Positions 1-9,618 are shown, counted from the stretch's first letter. The stretch: 64,000 nt of DNA from Bacteroidales bacterium (GCA_017615595.1 JAFZZT010000005.1:36244-100243), one strand, 5' to 3'. The notes: generated by a model from the letters alone, not told the origin. Program-made: numbers and translations.

Positions 1-710
1 AGGCTACGGCCCGTAACCTCATAGTCTGGTGGGGGGTTGTCCAGCGACTCCACAGCGGAGCCCACGTTAATCTTGATCTGCTCGGCGGTTGCCAAACCGA
101 TTTCGATATTATGGTTTCTACGCATGTAGGCGATGATGTCGTTGTTGAACTTGTCGCCAGCCACCTTGACAGAGGTGCTGGTGGTGATGCCGCCCAGGGC
201 GATCACCGCGATCTCGCTGGTACCGCCGCCAATGTCAATGATCATGTTACCATTGGCTTCGAGGACGTCCAGACCGATACCGATGGCGGCAGCCATAGGC
301 TCGTGGATCATACGGACATCCTTGGCACCCGCCTGCTCTGCAGAGTCACGCACGGCGCGCTCCTCCACCTCGGTGATGCCGGAAGGAATACAAATAACCA
401 TCTTCAAGGATGGGGCAAACAGGTAGCCCTTGCTGCCCGTCATCTTGATGAACTCACGAAGCATCAGCTCCGTATATTGGAAATCCGCTATGACGCCGTC
501 CTTCAAAGGCCGCTGGGTGATGATGCCCTTCGGACAACGACCCTCCATATAGAGAGCCTTCTTGCCGACAGCCTTCACCTGGTTGGTCTTTGTGTCAATC
601 GCAATGATAGACGGCTCGTCAACCACCACCTGATTGTTGTGAAGAATCACGGTGTTGGCTGTGCCTAAGTCAATAGCGAGTTCTTTTGTGAAAATTGAAA
701 ACAGACCCAT
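1..710 (-). CDS. mreB: Rod shape-determining protein MreB (actin-like ATPase); the C-terminal part lies beyond the window edge
   Basis: My reverse translation from the ATG at 710-708 gives MGLFSIFTKELAIDLGTANTVI...VVDEPSIIAID...IPSGITEVEERAV...DIGGGTSEIAVI, the classical MreB phosphate-1/2 and connect motifs. The track ORFs 111..668 and 133..426 (+) are antisense artefacts of this gene. Confidence 0.9.
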   Translation of the reverse strand, partial: MGLFSIFTKELAIDLGTANTVILHNNQVVVDEPSIIAIDTKTNQVKAVGKKALYMEGRCPKGIITQRPLKDGVIADFQYTELMLREFIKMTGSKGYLFAPSLKMVICIPSGITEVEERAVRDSAEQAGAKDVRMIHEPMAAAIGIGLDVLEANGNMIIDIGGGTSEIAVIALGGITTSTSVKVAGDKFNNDIIAYMRRNHNIEIGLATAEQIKINVGSAVESLDNPPPDYEVTGRS

Positions 711-730
711 TAATGAAAAAATTAAGACTG

Positions 731-738
731 CAAAATTA
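731..738 (-). promoter_or_regulatory. Bacteroidota sigma-A -7 element (TAATTTTG on the minus strand) upstream of mreB
   Basis: The plus strand reads CAAAATTA, which is TAnnTTTG on the minus strand, about 20 nt upstream of the mreB ATG. Confidence 0.45.
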
Positions 739-819
739 TAAAAAAACTTTCACTTATACGTGCTGTCTTTGTGCTTTGTTACAATTTTTAAGAAAAAAAA
801 GATTTTCCCTCCAACCGTC

Positions 820-858
820 AACTGACAACTGATAACTGACAACTGACAACTGATAACT
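820..858. repeat. Tandem heptamer array (AACTGAY) x 5.5
   Basis: AACTGAC AACTGAT AACTGAC AACTGAC AACTGAT AACT is read directly from the sequence. The array ends 1 nt from the hydG stop codon (860-862). Confidence 0.9.
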
Positions 859-859
859 T

Positions 860-2314
860 TTAGAAATAGAGGTCTCTTTCGCCAGCCTTCACTCTTTCAA
901 TGCGCTTCAGCAATTCCGGACGGAATTTCTCATCCACATTTTCCATATTCTGTTCGATGACTTTCCATCCTTTGGCTGCAACCTCGGGGGTGGCATAGTC
1001 CACCAGATATTCGCTCAGCGTCAGGATAGCGTTGGGAGTGCAGTATCGTTTAATGAAGCCCGGCACGCTGAACTCCATGAAATGCTCGCCCGTACGTCCC
1101 AGTCGATAGCAAGCGGTACAGAAGCTGGGAATGAAGTTCTCATCCAGAAGCTCCTCGATGATCTCCCCGAGTGGACGGTCGTCACCGATCTTGAACTGCT
1201 CGCGGTGCAGGTTCTGGTCCTCCTGCTTGTCGCTGTTCTTCTCGGTCTCCTCATGGTGGTATTTGTAGTCACCGATCTGCAGGTTGGTGCCACCGTCAAT
1301 CTGGGAGATGCCGTACTGGATGGCCTTGGCGCGGAACTCGGCCGTCTCGCGAGCGGTCAAAATCATGCCCGTGTAAGGCACCGCCAAGCGGAAGATTGCA
1401 ATGATCTTCTCAAAGGTGTCGTCATCCACGAAATACTTCTTGTCGATATCCAAGCCGGAGGCATCTTTGATACGCGGGAAGGAGATGGTGTGCGGACCCA
1501 CGTTGAAGCAGGCTTCCAAGTGGTTGGTATGGCGGATCATGGCCATCACCTCGAAACGCCAGTCGTAGAGGCCGAACAAAATACCGAGACCGTTGTCGTC
1601 AATGCCCGCCTGCTGCGCGCGGTCCATGGCGGTCAAGCGCCAGTTGAAGTCGCCTTTGACGGTGTTGGCGGGATGATACCAGGAATAAGCCTCCGGGTGG
1701 TAGGTCTCCTGGAAGATCTGGTAGGTGCCGATGCCTGCCTCTTTGACGATGCGGAAGCCTTCCACATCCAAAGGAGCGGCGTTGATATTGACACGACGGA
1801 TGGAGCCATTGCCCTTCTTTACCGAATAGGCCAGTTTGGTGGTGTGCGCGATGTACTCCGGCGAGTATTTCGGCGACTCGCCATAGACGAGGATCAACCG
1901 TTTCTGGCCATCATCTTCCAAGGCTTCGATATTGCGCACGAACTCTTCGTCCGTGAGGGTGGTGCGCACCTGCTCATGGTTGGAGGAACGGAAACCGCAA
2001 TATTTGCAATTGTTAACACAGTAGTTGCCCACATACAGCGGGGCGAATAGCACGATGCGGTTGCCATAGATGCGGCGTTTTAGCTCACGGGCGCCCTCTT
2101 TGATCTCTTCCACCAACTCGGGATCCGTGGTGTTGATCAACACGGCGGTCTCCTCTAACGTCAGGCGGTTTTTGTCCAACGACTTTTGGATAATCTCGTG
2201 AACCCGCTCCGGGGTACTCTCTGTTTGGTTAAGATAATCCCATATCTCATCAACATCGATGAAGGGTTTGCCGATCTCGTCGGGAATACGACATTTTTCT
2301 GGATTGAATTGCAT
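860..2314 (-). CDS. hydG: [FeFe]-hydrogenase H-cluster radical SAM maturase HydG
   Basis: 484 aa. It has the radical SAM motif CVNNCKYCGF, ThiH/HydG-like overall length, and a C-terminal Cys cluster (FIPSFCTACYRLGRTGEHFMEF...YCTPN) typical of HydG. Confidence 0.85.
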   Translation of the reverse strand: MQFNPEKCRIPDEIGKPFIDVDEIWDYLNQTESTPERVHEIIQKSLDKNRLTLEETAVLINTTDPELVEEIKEGARELKRRIYGNRIVLFAPLYVGNYCVNNCKYCGFRSSNHEQVRTTLTDEEFVRNIEALEDDGQKRLILVYGESPKYSPEYIAHTTKLAYSVKKGNGSIRRVNINAAPLDVEGFRIVKEAGIGTYQIFQETYHPEAYSWYHPANTVKGDFNWRLTAMDRAQQAGIDDNGLGILFGLYDWRFEVMAMIRHTNHLEACFNVGPHTISFPRIKDASGLDIDKKYFVDDDTFEKIIAIFRLAVPYTGMILTARETAEFRAKAIQYGISQIDGGTNLQIGDYKYHHEETEKNSDKQEDQNLHREQFKIGDDRPLGEIIEELLDENFIPSFCTACYRLGRTGEHFMEFSVPGFIKRYCTPNAILTLSEYLVDYATPEVAAKGWKVIEQNMENVDEKFRPELLKRIERVKAGERDLYF

Positions 2315-2341
2315 AGTGTATAGTTTTAATGTGAATAATTC

Positions 2342-2593
2342 TTAATTTTGACTCTTGGCCATCACCGCCTTGACCTCCACGTCTGGCAGCTTACCCAGTT
2401 TTCCAGACAGAGCGTTGATCTGATCGGGTTCTCCTTCCACGATGAGTGAGATGACCGACAGGGCCCGGTCGCGGAAGGGCAAACCTTGACGTGCCACCAC
2501 AATGGCGGCATATTGGGAAATAATGCTGTTGATTTGCGACGCTGTCGCACGATTGTAAATAAACACCGTGATGGTGCCGATGCGCTTCTCCAT
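2342..2593 (-). CDS. TM1266-family putative iron-only hydrogenase system regulator (small ACT/CopG-like protein)
   Basis: 83 aa, immediately upstream of and co-oriented with hydG. The sequence pattern GTITVFIYNR...ISLIVEGEPDQINALSGKLGKLP resembles the family usually found beside hydG/hydE. Confidence 0.55.
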   Translation of the reverse strand: MEKRIGTITVFIYNRATASQINSIISQYAAIVVARQGLPFRDRALSVISLIVEGEPDQINALSGKLGKLPDVEVKAVMAKSQN

Positions 2594-2662
2594 TAGAGTC
2601 TCTTTTGGATTAGTATTATATATAGTTCAGTCACGCGGAACTTGTGGTCCCGAATGACGCGG

Positions 2663-2670
2663 CAAAAGTA
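2663..2670 (-). promoter_or_regulatory. -7 element (TACTTTTG on the minus strand) for the regulator-hydG unit
   Basis: The plus strand reads CAAAAGTA, about 70 nt upstream of the start at 2593. Confidence 0.35.
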
Positions 2671-2731
2671 CAAAAAAAATGATGAACAAGGGATTTTTCC
2701 AACCCTCTTTTTATCGCACGGCATAATTTTG

Positions 2732-2739
2732 TATCTTTG
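2732..2739 (+). promoter_or_regulatory. -7 element TATCTTTG upstream of ridA
   Basis: Matches the TAnnTTTG consensus, 66 nt upstream of the ATG at 2805. Confidence 0.45.
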
Positions 2740-2804
2740 CCGCTCCGCAAAAACCAGCGGTTGATGTGCCACAATATTTTATAACAACTAAATATCTCCA
2801 TATC

Positions 2805-3179
2805 ATGAAGAAAGTCATCCACACCAACAACGCCCCGGCCGCCATCGGTCCGTACAGCCAAGCCATCGAAGCTAACGGTATGTTATTCATCTCCGGTCAG
2901 ATACCCGTCAACCCCGCCACTGGCGAAGTCCCGGAGGGCATCACCGCCCAGACCGAGCAGGTGATGAAAAACATCGCCGCCATCTTGGAAGAGGCTGGCT
3001 ACACCTTCGACAACGTGGTGAAGACCACCTGTCTGCTCAGCGACATCGCCAACTTCGCCGCCATGAACGAAGTCTATGCCACCCGCTTCCCCTCCAACCC
3101 GCCTGCCCGCGCCGCCTTCGCCGTGCGCGACCTCCCCAAAGGCGTGATGGTCGAAATAGAAGTGATCGCGGTAAAGTAA
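2805..3179 (+). CDS. ridA: RidA/YjgF-family reactive-intermediate deaminase
   Basis: MKKVIHTNNAPAAIGPYSQAI...GQIPVNP...VKTTCLL...ARAAFAV..LPKGV.VEIE is the YjgF/TdcF family signature. I chose the ATG at 2805 within the track ORF 2766..3179. Confidence 0.9.
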   Translation: MKKVIHTNNAPAAIGPYSQAIEANGMLFISGQIPVNPATGEVPEGITAQTEQVMKNIAAILEEAGYTFDNVVKTTCLLSDIANFAAMNEVYATRFPSNPPARAAFAVRDLPKGVMVEIEVIAVK

Positions 3180-3249
3180 TTATTTGCTAAAAAGCCCTAT
3201 TCCCCTTCTGTCAGAAGGGGTGCCCGAAGGGCGGGATAGTAAGGCTAAC

Positions 3250-5145
3250 ATGAACTATCTAACCGTCGATAAAGTCTCCAAGTCGGTGGGCGAGAAGGAA
3301 CTGTTCCACCAGATCACTTTTGGTCTGGAAAAGGGACAGAAGAGTGCCCTCATCGCCCGCAACGGCACGGGGAAGAGCACGCTCCTCAACATCATCGCCG
3401 GATACGACACCCCCGATGAAGGGCAGGTGATCATCCGCAATGACATCACCGTCTCGTATCTGCCCCAGATGGACAGCTTCAACGAGAACGACTCGGTGAT
3501 GGAGTGCCTCTTCAACGAGGAGACCCCCATCGTCACAGCTGTCAAGGAGTACGAGACCTGTGTGACGCTTCTGGAGCAGGGCCTTCACGACCGCGTGCCG
3601 CAAGCGCGCATGGATAATGCCATCTTGGAGATGGACCGTCTCAACGCGTGGGATTACGAGGCCAAAATCAAGGAGATCCTGTCGAAGTTCGGAATCAACA
3701 ATATCTTCAAGAATATCAACGAGTTGTCGGGCGGGCAGCGCAAGAAGACCGCCCTGGCCAAGACCTTGATAGCCGATACCGACCTGCTCATCCTGGACGA
3801 GCCTACCAACCATCTGGATGTGGAGATGATCGAGTGGCTGGAGGGCTACCTCTCCACCGCCAACATCACCTTGCTGATGGTGACCCACGACCGCGCCTTC
3901 CTGGACAACGTGTGCAGCGACATCTTCGAGCTGAGCAACGGCAACCTGTACCACTACAAGGGCAAATACGACTATTATGTGGAGAAGAAGGCCGAGCGGC
4001 TCGCCAACGAGTCGGCAGAATACGAACGGTTGCGCAACCTGTATCGCCGCGAGCTGGAATGGGTACACACCTCCCCGCAGGCGCGTACCACCAAGGCCCG
4101 CGCCCGCATCAACAACTTCGAGAAGTTGCAGGAACAGGTCAACCGGAAGGTGGAGGCCGCCCCCGAAGCCTTCAAGGTGCAGTCGGAACGCATCGGACAC
4201 AAGATCTTGGAAATCAGCCACCTCGACTTTGCCTACCCCGACCAGACCATCATCCGCGATTTCTCCTATATCTTCAAAAAAGGGGAAAAATGCGGCATTG
4301 TGGGCAAGAACGGCACGGGCAAGAGCACCTTTCTGAAGATGATCATGGGCGAGGTACGCCCTGACGGTGGCAAGATCACCCCGGGACTCACCATCCAGTT
4401 CGGATACTTCTGCCAGAACGACTTCACCTACCCCGGCAACAAGATCGTGCTGGAACTGGTCAAGGAGCACGCGGAGTTCATCCGCATGGATAACGGCAAC
4501 TACATCAGCGCGGCGCAGTTCCTGAATCATTTCGGCTTCCCCTTCAGTCAGCAATACACCTACTACGAAGACCTCAGCGGTGGCGAGCGCCGCAAACTGC
4601 ATCTGCTCATCACGCTGTTAAAAAATCCAAATTTCCTCATCCTGGACGAGCCCACCAACGACTTCGACATCGACACCCTCAACCTGTTGGAGGACTTCCT
4701 CACCAACTTCGAGGGCTGTATGATCATCGTCTCCCACGACCGCTGGCTCATGAACAAGCTGGTGGACCATATCTTTGTGTTCGAGGGTGATGGGGAAATC
4801 AAGGACTACTACGGCAACTACACCGAGTACCGCCAGGCCAAGGACAAGCAGCTCCGCATCCAAAAGCGGGCGGAGAAACTGCTGCGGGAGCAGGAAGCGC
4901 CCGTCAAGCCCGCCCGCACCGCCAACGCCAACAAGCTGACCTACAAGGAGAAAAGAGAGATGGAGGCGCTGGAACAGGAGATTGCCCAGCTGGAGCAGGA
5001 GAAGTCCGACATCGAAGCCAAGATGAGTGCGGGACAAGGCAGCGCTGATGACTTCGCCGCCTGGGGCAAGCGATACGCCGAAATCAGCCCGCTGGTTGAG
5101 GAAAAAACCATGCGGTGGCTGGAGCTGTCGGAGAAGGATGGGTAA
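3250..5145 (+). CDS. ABC-F family ATPase (two ABC domains joined by a linker, no transmembrane domain)
   Basis: Two Walker A motifs (GRNGTGKST, GKNGTGKST), two signature motifs (LSGGQRKK, LSGGERRK) and a C-terminal coiled-coil tail. The start at MNYLTVDK is in frame with the track ORF 3184. Confidence 0.9.
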   Translation: MNYLTVDKVSKSVGEKELFHQITFGLEKGQKSALIARNGTGKSTLLNIIAGYDTPDEGQVIIRNDITVSYLPQMDSFNENDSVMECLFNEETPIVTAVKEYETCVTLLEQGLHDRVPQARMDNAILEMDRLNAWDYEAKIKEILSKFGINNIFKNINELSGGQRKKTALAKTLIADTDLLILDEPTNHLDVEMIEWLEGYLSTANITLLMVTHDRAFLDNVCSDIFELSNGNLYHYKGKYDYYVEKKAERLANESAEYERLRNLYRRELEWVHTSPQARTTKARARINNFEKLQEQVNRKVEAAPEAFKVQSERIGHKILEISHLDFAYPDQTIIRDFSYIFKKGEKCGIVGKNGTGKSTFLKMIMGEVRPDGGKITPGLTIQFGYFCQNDFTYPGNKIVLELVKEHAEFIRMDNGNYISAAQFLNHFGFPFSQQYTYYEDLSGGERRKLHLLITLLKNPNFLILDEPTNDFDIDTLNLLEDFLTNFEGCMIIVSHDRWLMNKLVDHIFVFEGDGEIKDYYGNYTEYRQAKDKQLRIQKRAEKLLREQEAPVKPARTANANKLTYKEKREMEALEQEIAQLEQEKSDIEAKMSAGQGSADDFAAWGKRYAEISPLVEEKTMRWLELSEKDG

Positions 5146-5152
5146 AAAATAT

Positions 5153-5160
5153 TATCTTTG
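5153..5160 (+). promoter_or_regulatory. -7 element TATCTTTG upstream of rsmE
   Basis: Matches TAnnTTTG, 39 nt upstream of the ATG at 5199. Confidence 0.4.
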
Positions 5161-5198
5161 CGGCTTGTAAAGCATTCTGAAAAAAAGAGAATTGAGCT

Positions 5199-5921
5199 AT
5201 GCATTATTTCTACGCCCCCGATATATCCCAACCATTTGTCACGCTAAGCAACGAGGAATCAGAGCATTGCGTGCGGGTGATGCGCCACCGCGAGGGCGAT
5301 GTCGTGCGGGTGACTGACGGGTGTGGCCACTTGGCAGAGGCCGTCATCACGGACGCCCACCCCAAGAGATGTCAGCTGGAAATACGACAGCTAGTTACTG
5401 AAAACCTCCTCACACACAACGGATTGCACTTGGCCATCGCACCCACAAAAAACGCCGACCGCATGGAGTGGCTGCTGGAGAAGGCAGTCGAAATCGGCAT
5501 CTGCTCGCTGACGTTCCTGCAGTGCGACCATTCCGAGCGCACGCACCTCAACCTGGAGAGGATGCAACGGCTGGCAGTGGCCGCCCTCAAGCAGTCGCAG
5601 ACCACCTGGCTACCCCCGCTGCGCATGATGTCCTTTGCGGAGTTTCTGCAACAACACCAAGATACCCCTGCCGACCGATTCATCGCGTGGTGCGATGACA
5701 ACAACACGCGCCAACTCGCAGACGAACCCTTCCAACATCCCGACATCATCCTGCTGATCGGACCGGAAGGCGACTTCAGCCAAGAGGAGATAGCCAAAGC
5801 CCGGGAGGCTGGCTATGTGGAGGTCAAGTTGGGCAACCGCCGCCTGCGCACCGAGACCGCCGGACTATATGGATGCCTGGCTGTGGCTGTGCGTGAATCC
5901 CTTTCCAAACCCCATAACTGA
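5199..5921 (+). CDS. rsmE: 16S rRNA (uracil1498-N3)-methyltransferase RsmE
   Basis: 240 aa. It has an N-terminal PUA-like segment (HYFYAP...EESEHCVRVMRHREGD) and C-terminal SPOUT motifs (LLIGPEGDFSQEEI...LGNRRLRTETAG). Confidence 0.85.
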   Translation: MHYFYAPDISQPFVTLSNEESEHCVRVMRHREGDVVRVTDGCGHLAEAVITDAHPKRCQLEIRQLVTENLLTHNGLHLAIAPTKNADRMEWLLEKAVEIGICSLTFLQCDHSERTHLNLERMQRLAVAALKQSQTTWLPPLRMMSFAEFLQQHQDTPADRFIAWCDDNNTRQLADEPFQHPDIILLIGPEGDFSQEEIAKAREAGYVEVKLGNRRLRTETAGLYGCLAVAVRESLSKPHN

Positions 5922-5941
5922 TTATTTAAAAATCTAAAAAT

Positions 5942-6736
5942 ATGAAAAAAATTGCCTTATTGTTTACCTTGATCGGCTTTCTGATGGCAACCCAAGCCCA
6001 AAATGAGATCCCGCGGGCACAACTGTCGGCACGCATCGGCCTCAGCGGCACCACCATGATGATCCCCAACACCACCATCACCGCCCAATCGGCCTATGGC
6101 TATGGCGCTTCGCAACAACTCAAACTGGGTGTGTCAGGCGGATTGATTGTCGATATTCATCTGAAAGACAGGGTGTTCCTTCAAACAGGTCTGATGTACG
6201 GCTGGCAGCGTTTCCACCAGATTCAGACCGCTATTTACGATAAAGAGTCCTATCACTACTCCATCGCATCCGAGAACCTCTATAAGATGCATCGCGTCAA
6301 GATTCCGGCGATGTTTTTTTACCATACCTCCTTGGAGAGCAACCATTTTGTAGTAGGGGCCGGTCTGTTTGCTGACGTGGCACTGGGCGGCAAGATCACA
6401 TATGACGCCTCCGCGGTGATCACCGATCCCGACAACGAGAAAATCAACTATGTGGCTTCCGGCCAGTTCGACCCTTTCCTCAAGGACTCCAAATTCCTCT
6501 ATTACCATATCGCCAACGATGACTACACTCAAAAATACCGTCTCTATCACGGCAATATCTTGAATCGTTTCAACATGGGTATTGCCGGAGAAGTCGGCTA
6601 TCAGATCTCCAAGTTCTATGTGGGCGCCCATGTGGATTTCGGCCTGTTGAATATGATCAGCCGTGATTTCGCCGGCGACAACTATATGGAGAGACTCTTC
6701 AGCTTCCAAATCATGTTAGGATATAATATTAACTGA
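5942..6736 (+). CDS. Outer-membrane beta-barrel protein (PorT/OmpA-barrel-like family), function unknown
   Basis: It has a signal peptide ([20 protein letters not shown]), an alternating aromatic/hydrophobic beta-strand pattern, and a C-terminal aromatic-rich end ([12 protein letters not shown]). Confidence 0.55.
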   Translation: MKKIALLFTLIGFLMATQAQNEIPRAQLSARIGLSGTTMMIPNTTITAQSAYGYGASQQLKLGVSGGLIVDIHLKDRVFLQTGLMYGWQRFHQIQTAIYDKESYHYSIASENLYKMHRVKIPAMFFYHTSLESNHFVVGAGLFADVALGGKITYDASAVITDPDNEKINYVASGQFDPFLKDSKFLYYHIANDDYTQKYRLYHGNILNRFNMGIAGEVGYQISKFYVGAHVDFGLLNMISRDFAGDNYMERLFSFQIMLGYNIN

Positions 6737-6738
6737 TT

Positions 6739-7581
6739 ATGAAATACATAGGACCGCATGTCAGCGCTTCCGGCGGCGTGGAGAACGCGCCGTTGAACGC
6801 CAAGGCCGTGGGCGCCTCCGCCTTCGCCCTGTTCACCAAGAACCAACGGCAGTGGGTGTCTCCACCGCTCACCAGCAAGAGCATTGATCTCTTCAAGGCC
6901 AACTGCGAAGAGGCCGGCATCACCCCGGACTATATCCTGCCGCACGACAGCTATCTCATCAACCTCGGCCAGCCCGATGACGCGCTGATCGGAAAGTCGC
7001 GCAACGCGTTCTTCGACGAGATGAAACGCTGCGAGCAACTGGGACTTAGGATGCTCAACTTCCACCCGGGCAGCCATCTCAACCAGATCTCCCTCGACCA
7101 ATGCCTAAGCCGTATCGCGGAGAGCATCAATCTGGCTTTGGACAGAACGGAAGGCGTTACCGCGGTGATTGAGAACACTGCTGGACAAGGATCCAATGTG
7201 GGCTTCAGCTTCGAACATATCGCCGTCATCATCGACAAGGTGGAGGACAAAAGTCGTGTGGGCGTGTGCCTCGACACCTGCCACACCTACTCCGCCGGCT
7301 ACGATCTGAAAACGGAAGAGGGCTATCACAACACCTGGGCGGAATTTGACCGGACCATCGGCGCCCACTACCTCAAGGCCATCCATCTTAACGACACCAA
7401 AAAAGAGCTGGCCTCGCGCGTTGACCGCCACGACAGCATCGGCAAGGGCCTCCTGGGCATGTCTTTCTTCGAGCGCTTCATGAACGACCCCCGCTTCGAC
7501 AACATGCCCCTCATCCTCGAAACCCCGGACGAATCTCTCTGGGCTGAGGAAATACAACTGCTGAAACAATTACAAAAATAA
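6739..7581 (+). CDS. nfo: Endonuclease IV (AP endonuclease)
   Basis: [13 protein letters not shown]...[11 protein letters not shown]...NFHPGSH...IENTAGQG...CLDTCH...HLNDTK are the Nfo metal-binding blocks. Confidence 0.9.
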   Translation: MKYIGPHVSASGGVENAPLNAKAVGASAFALFTKNQRQWVSPPLTSKSIDLFKANCEEAGITPDYILPHDSYLINLGQPDDALIGKSRNAFFDEMKRCEQLGLRMLNFHPGSHLNQISLDQCLSRIAESINLALDRTEGVTAVIENTAGQGSNVGFSFEHIAVIIDKVEDKSRVGVCLDTCHTYSAGYDLKTEEGYHNTWAEFDRTIGAHYLKAIHLNDTKKELASRVDRHDSIGKGLLGMSFFERFMNDPRFDNMPLILETPDESLWAEEIQLLKQLQK

Positions 7582-7617
7582 CCCATAATATTCATCGGTG
7601 TTTTTTTGAAAAATATG

Positions 7618-7625
7618 TACCTTTG
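7618..7625 (+). promoter_or_regulatory. -7 element TACCTTTG upstream of the mlaE-like operon
   Basis: Matches TAnnTTTG, 17 nt upstream of the ATG at 7643, which implies a very short leader. Confidence 0.4.
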
Positions 7626-7642
7626 CCGCCTTATTTAGAAAG

Positions 7643-8386
7643 ATGTTAAAAAACACACTATCCATCATTGGCGAGTATATCCTCTTCCTGAAGAAGGTCT
7701 TCTCCAAACCAGACAAGAGCAAGATTTTCTTCAAGAAGCTTCTCTTTGAGATGGAATCCATGGGCATTGGCTCCATGCTGATTGTCAGCATCGTCTCCAT
7801 CGCCATGGGCAGTGTGATCACCACGCAGACGGCCATGCAAATCGAGAGCAGCTGGATTCCCTCCTGGACGGTCGGCTTTGTTTCCCGTACCTCCATTGTG
7901 ATGGAGCTGTGCCCCACCATCATCAGTCTCTTGTTGGTGGGCAACTTAGGTTCTCGTATCACCGCGGAGATTGGCAGTATGCGTGTTACCGAACAAATTG
8001 ACGCCCTGGAGGTGATGGGCATCAACCCCGCCTCGTATCTGGTGTTGCCGAAGGTGCTGGCCGCCATGGTGGTTAACCCTATCCTCATCATCTTCAGCAT
8101 CTTCTTTGCGTTGGTGGGCGGATACCTGACCGTTCTGATTACCGGCTGCATCACGCCTTACCACTTTATGGACGGCCTCACCTACTGTTTCCGGCCTTAC
8201 GACATCTTCTATGCCGTCACCAAGACCTTCGTCTTCGCCTTTGTCATGTCATCAGTGGCCGCTTTCTACGGGTATCGTATTGACGGCGGTGCGCTGGAAC
8301 TCGGCAAGGCCAACACCCAAGGCATTGTGGTCTCCAGCTTCATCATCCTCATACTGAATGTGCTTATCACCCAAATAATGCTGTAA
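7643..8386 (+). CDS. MlaE-family ABC transporter permease
   Basis: 247 aa and multi-transmembrane. It contains the conserved MlaE block (TAEIGSMRVTEQIDALEVMGINP). Confidence 0.85.
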   Translation: MLKNTLSIIGEYILFLKKVFSKPDKSKIFFKKLLFEMESMGIGSMLIVSIVSIAMGSVITTQTAMQIESSWIPSWTVGFVSRTSIVMELCPTIISLLLVGNLGSRITAEIGSMRVTEQIDALEVMGINPASYLVLPKVLAAMVVNPILIIFSIFFALVGGYLTVLITGCITPYHFMDGLTYCFRPYDIFYAVTKTFVFAFVMSSVAAFYGYRIDGGALELGKANTQGIVVSSFIILILNVLITQIML

Positions 8387-8387
8387 T

Positions 8388-9140
8388 ATGATAGAAGTCA
8401 ACAATATATGCAAATATTTCGGTGAGAAACAAGTGTTGTTCGATGTCAACACCACCTTTGAAGAGGGAAAGGTGAACCTCATCATCGGGCGTTCAGGATC
8501 TGGCAAAACGGTGTTGTTGAAATGCTTGGTGGGCCTCTTCACCCCGGAATCGGGCGTGGTCTTATACAACGGACGCAGCTTCCACGACCTGCCCGACAAA
8601 GACAAGCATGCCTTGCGCGCTGAGATGGGCATGGTGTTCCAAGGCTCTGCCCTCTTCGACTCTATGACCATCGAGGAGAATGTGATGTTCCCGCTGGATA
8701 TGTTCACGGAGATGTCGCTGGAAGAGAAACGGGAGCGCGTCAACTTCTGTCTGGAGCGGGTGGATTTGCACAATGTCAACAAGTTATACCCCGCCGAGCT
8801 GAGCGGCGGCATGCAGAAACGGGCCGCCTTCGCGCGCGGCATCGCCTGCAACCCCCGCTATCTGTTTTGCGACGAGCCCAACTCGGGTCTCGACCCCAAA
8901 ACGGCCCTCCTCATAGACGAGCTCGTGGTCGATATCACCCACGACCTCAACATCACCACCGTGGTCAACACCCACGACCTCAACTCCGTCATCACCATTG
9001 GGGAGACCATCTCCTTCATCTACGAAGGACACCTGCAATGGCGTGGCAACAAGGACAATGTCCTCACCTCCGACAACGAACTGCTCAATGACTTCATCTA
9101 TGCGCAACCTTTAACCCAAAGAATCCGACAAAATCTGTGA
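8388..9140 (+). CDS. ABC transporter ATP-binding protein (MlaF-like)
   Basis: Walker A GRSGSGKT, signature LSGGMQKR, Walker B LFCDEP. There is a 1-nt gap after the permease gene. Confidence 0.85.
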   Translation: MIEVNNICKYFGEKQVLFDVNTTFEEGKVNLIIGRSGSGKTVLLKCLVGLFTPESGVVLYNGRSFHDLPDKDKHALRAEMGMVFQGSALFDSMTIEENVMFPLDMFTEMSLEEKRERVNFCLERVDLHNVNKLYPAELSGGMQKRAAFARGIACNPRYLFCDEPNSGLDPKTALLIDELVVDITHDLNITTVVNTHDLNSVITIGETISFIYEGHLQWRGNKDNVLTSDNELLNDFIYAQPLTQRIRQNL

Positions 9141-9141
9141 T

Positions 9142-9618
9142 ATGAACTGGCTGGACCTTATCGTGCTGATTCCGATATGTTGGTGGGGCTTCAAGGGCTT
9201 CCACCACGGATTGATCTACGAGGTCTTTGCCGTCCTTGCACTTATCCTTGGCTTTTGGGTGGCCAAGCATTTCTCCTTCCTTCTTGAAGAATGGCTCAAC
9301 ATCCCCTTGGCAGAACCCATCGCTTTCGTCATCATGTTCTTCTTGGTGCTTTTTCTGGTTCATCTGGCAGGAAAAGGCATGCAAAAAGTTGTTAAAATTG
9401 CCATTCCCGAGATTGTAGATCATCTGTTGGGATTGGGTTTTGGCATTTGCAAGGTGGTGTTAGTGGTCAGCATCCTGTTTTTATTGTTCAACAAAATAGA
9501 CAAAAAAGAGCTTTTGATAAAAAAAGAGACCAAAGAGGCCTCTGTCGCCTATCGGTATTTAGAACCCATAGCACCGAAAATATTGGTTTGGAAAGATAGA
9601 TTTAAAGATCAACAATAA
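9142..9618 (+). CDS. CvpA-family membrane protein
   Basis: 158 aa with four predicted transmembrane segments. The N-terminus (MNWLDLIVLI...GFKGFHHGLI.EV) is typical of the CvpA family. Confidence 0.7.
   Translation: MNWLDLIVLIPICWWGFKGFHHGLIYEVFAVLALILGFWVAKHFSFLLEEWLNIPLAEPIAFVIMFFLVLFLVHLAGKGMQKVVKIAIPEIVDHLLGLGFGICKVVLVVSILFLLFNKIDKKELLIKKETKEASVAYRYLEPIAPKILVWKDRFKDQQ

Noticed and set aside
111-668. 185-aa and 97-aa plus-strand ORFs at the window start
   Set aside because: They lie antisense to an unmistakable mreB reading frame on the minus strand. Their translations are low-complexity (Gly/Asp/Val/His/Arg-rich) with no family motifs.
3259-4602. 447-aa minus-strand ORF. Similar long mirror ORFs occur at 1082-2050, 10195-11055, 14142-15059, 15098-16873, 18016-18774, 24326-25315, 25366-26391, 27107-28822, 29467-30078, 30520-31119, 49202-50764, 52009-53067, 54576-55430, 55749-57092, 57763-58770 and 60166-61386.
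   Set aside because: Each lies exactly antisense to a gene with strong family motifs (ABC-F, hydG, M6 protease, HAD, OmpA/TPR, POT, queA, purM, C10, ackA, gap, CANSDH, endonuclease I, giant cargo, mutA). Their Val/Gly/His/Arg/Asp-rich translations and lack of stops are what is expected from the antisense frame of GC3-rich coding DNA.
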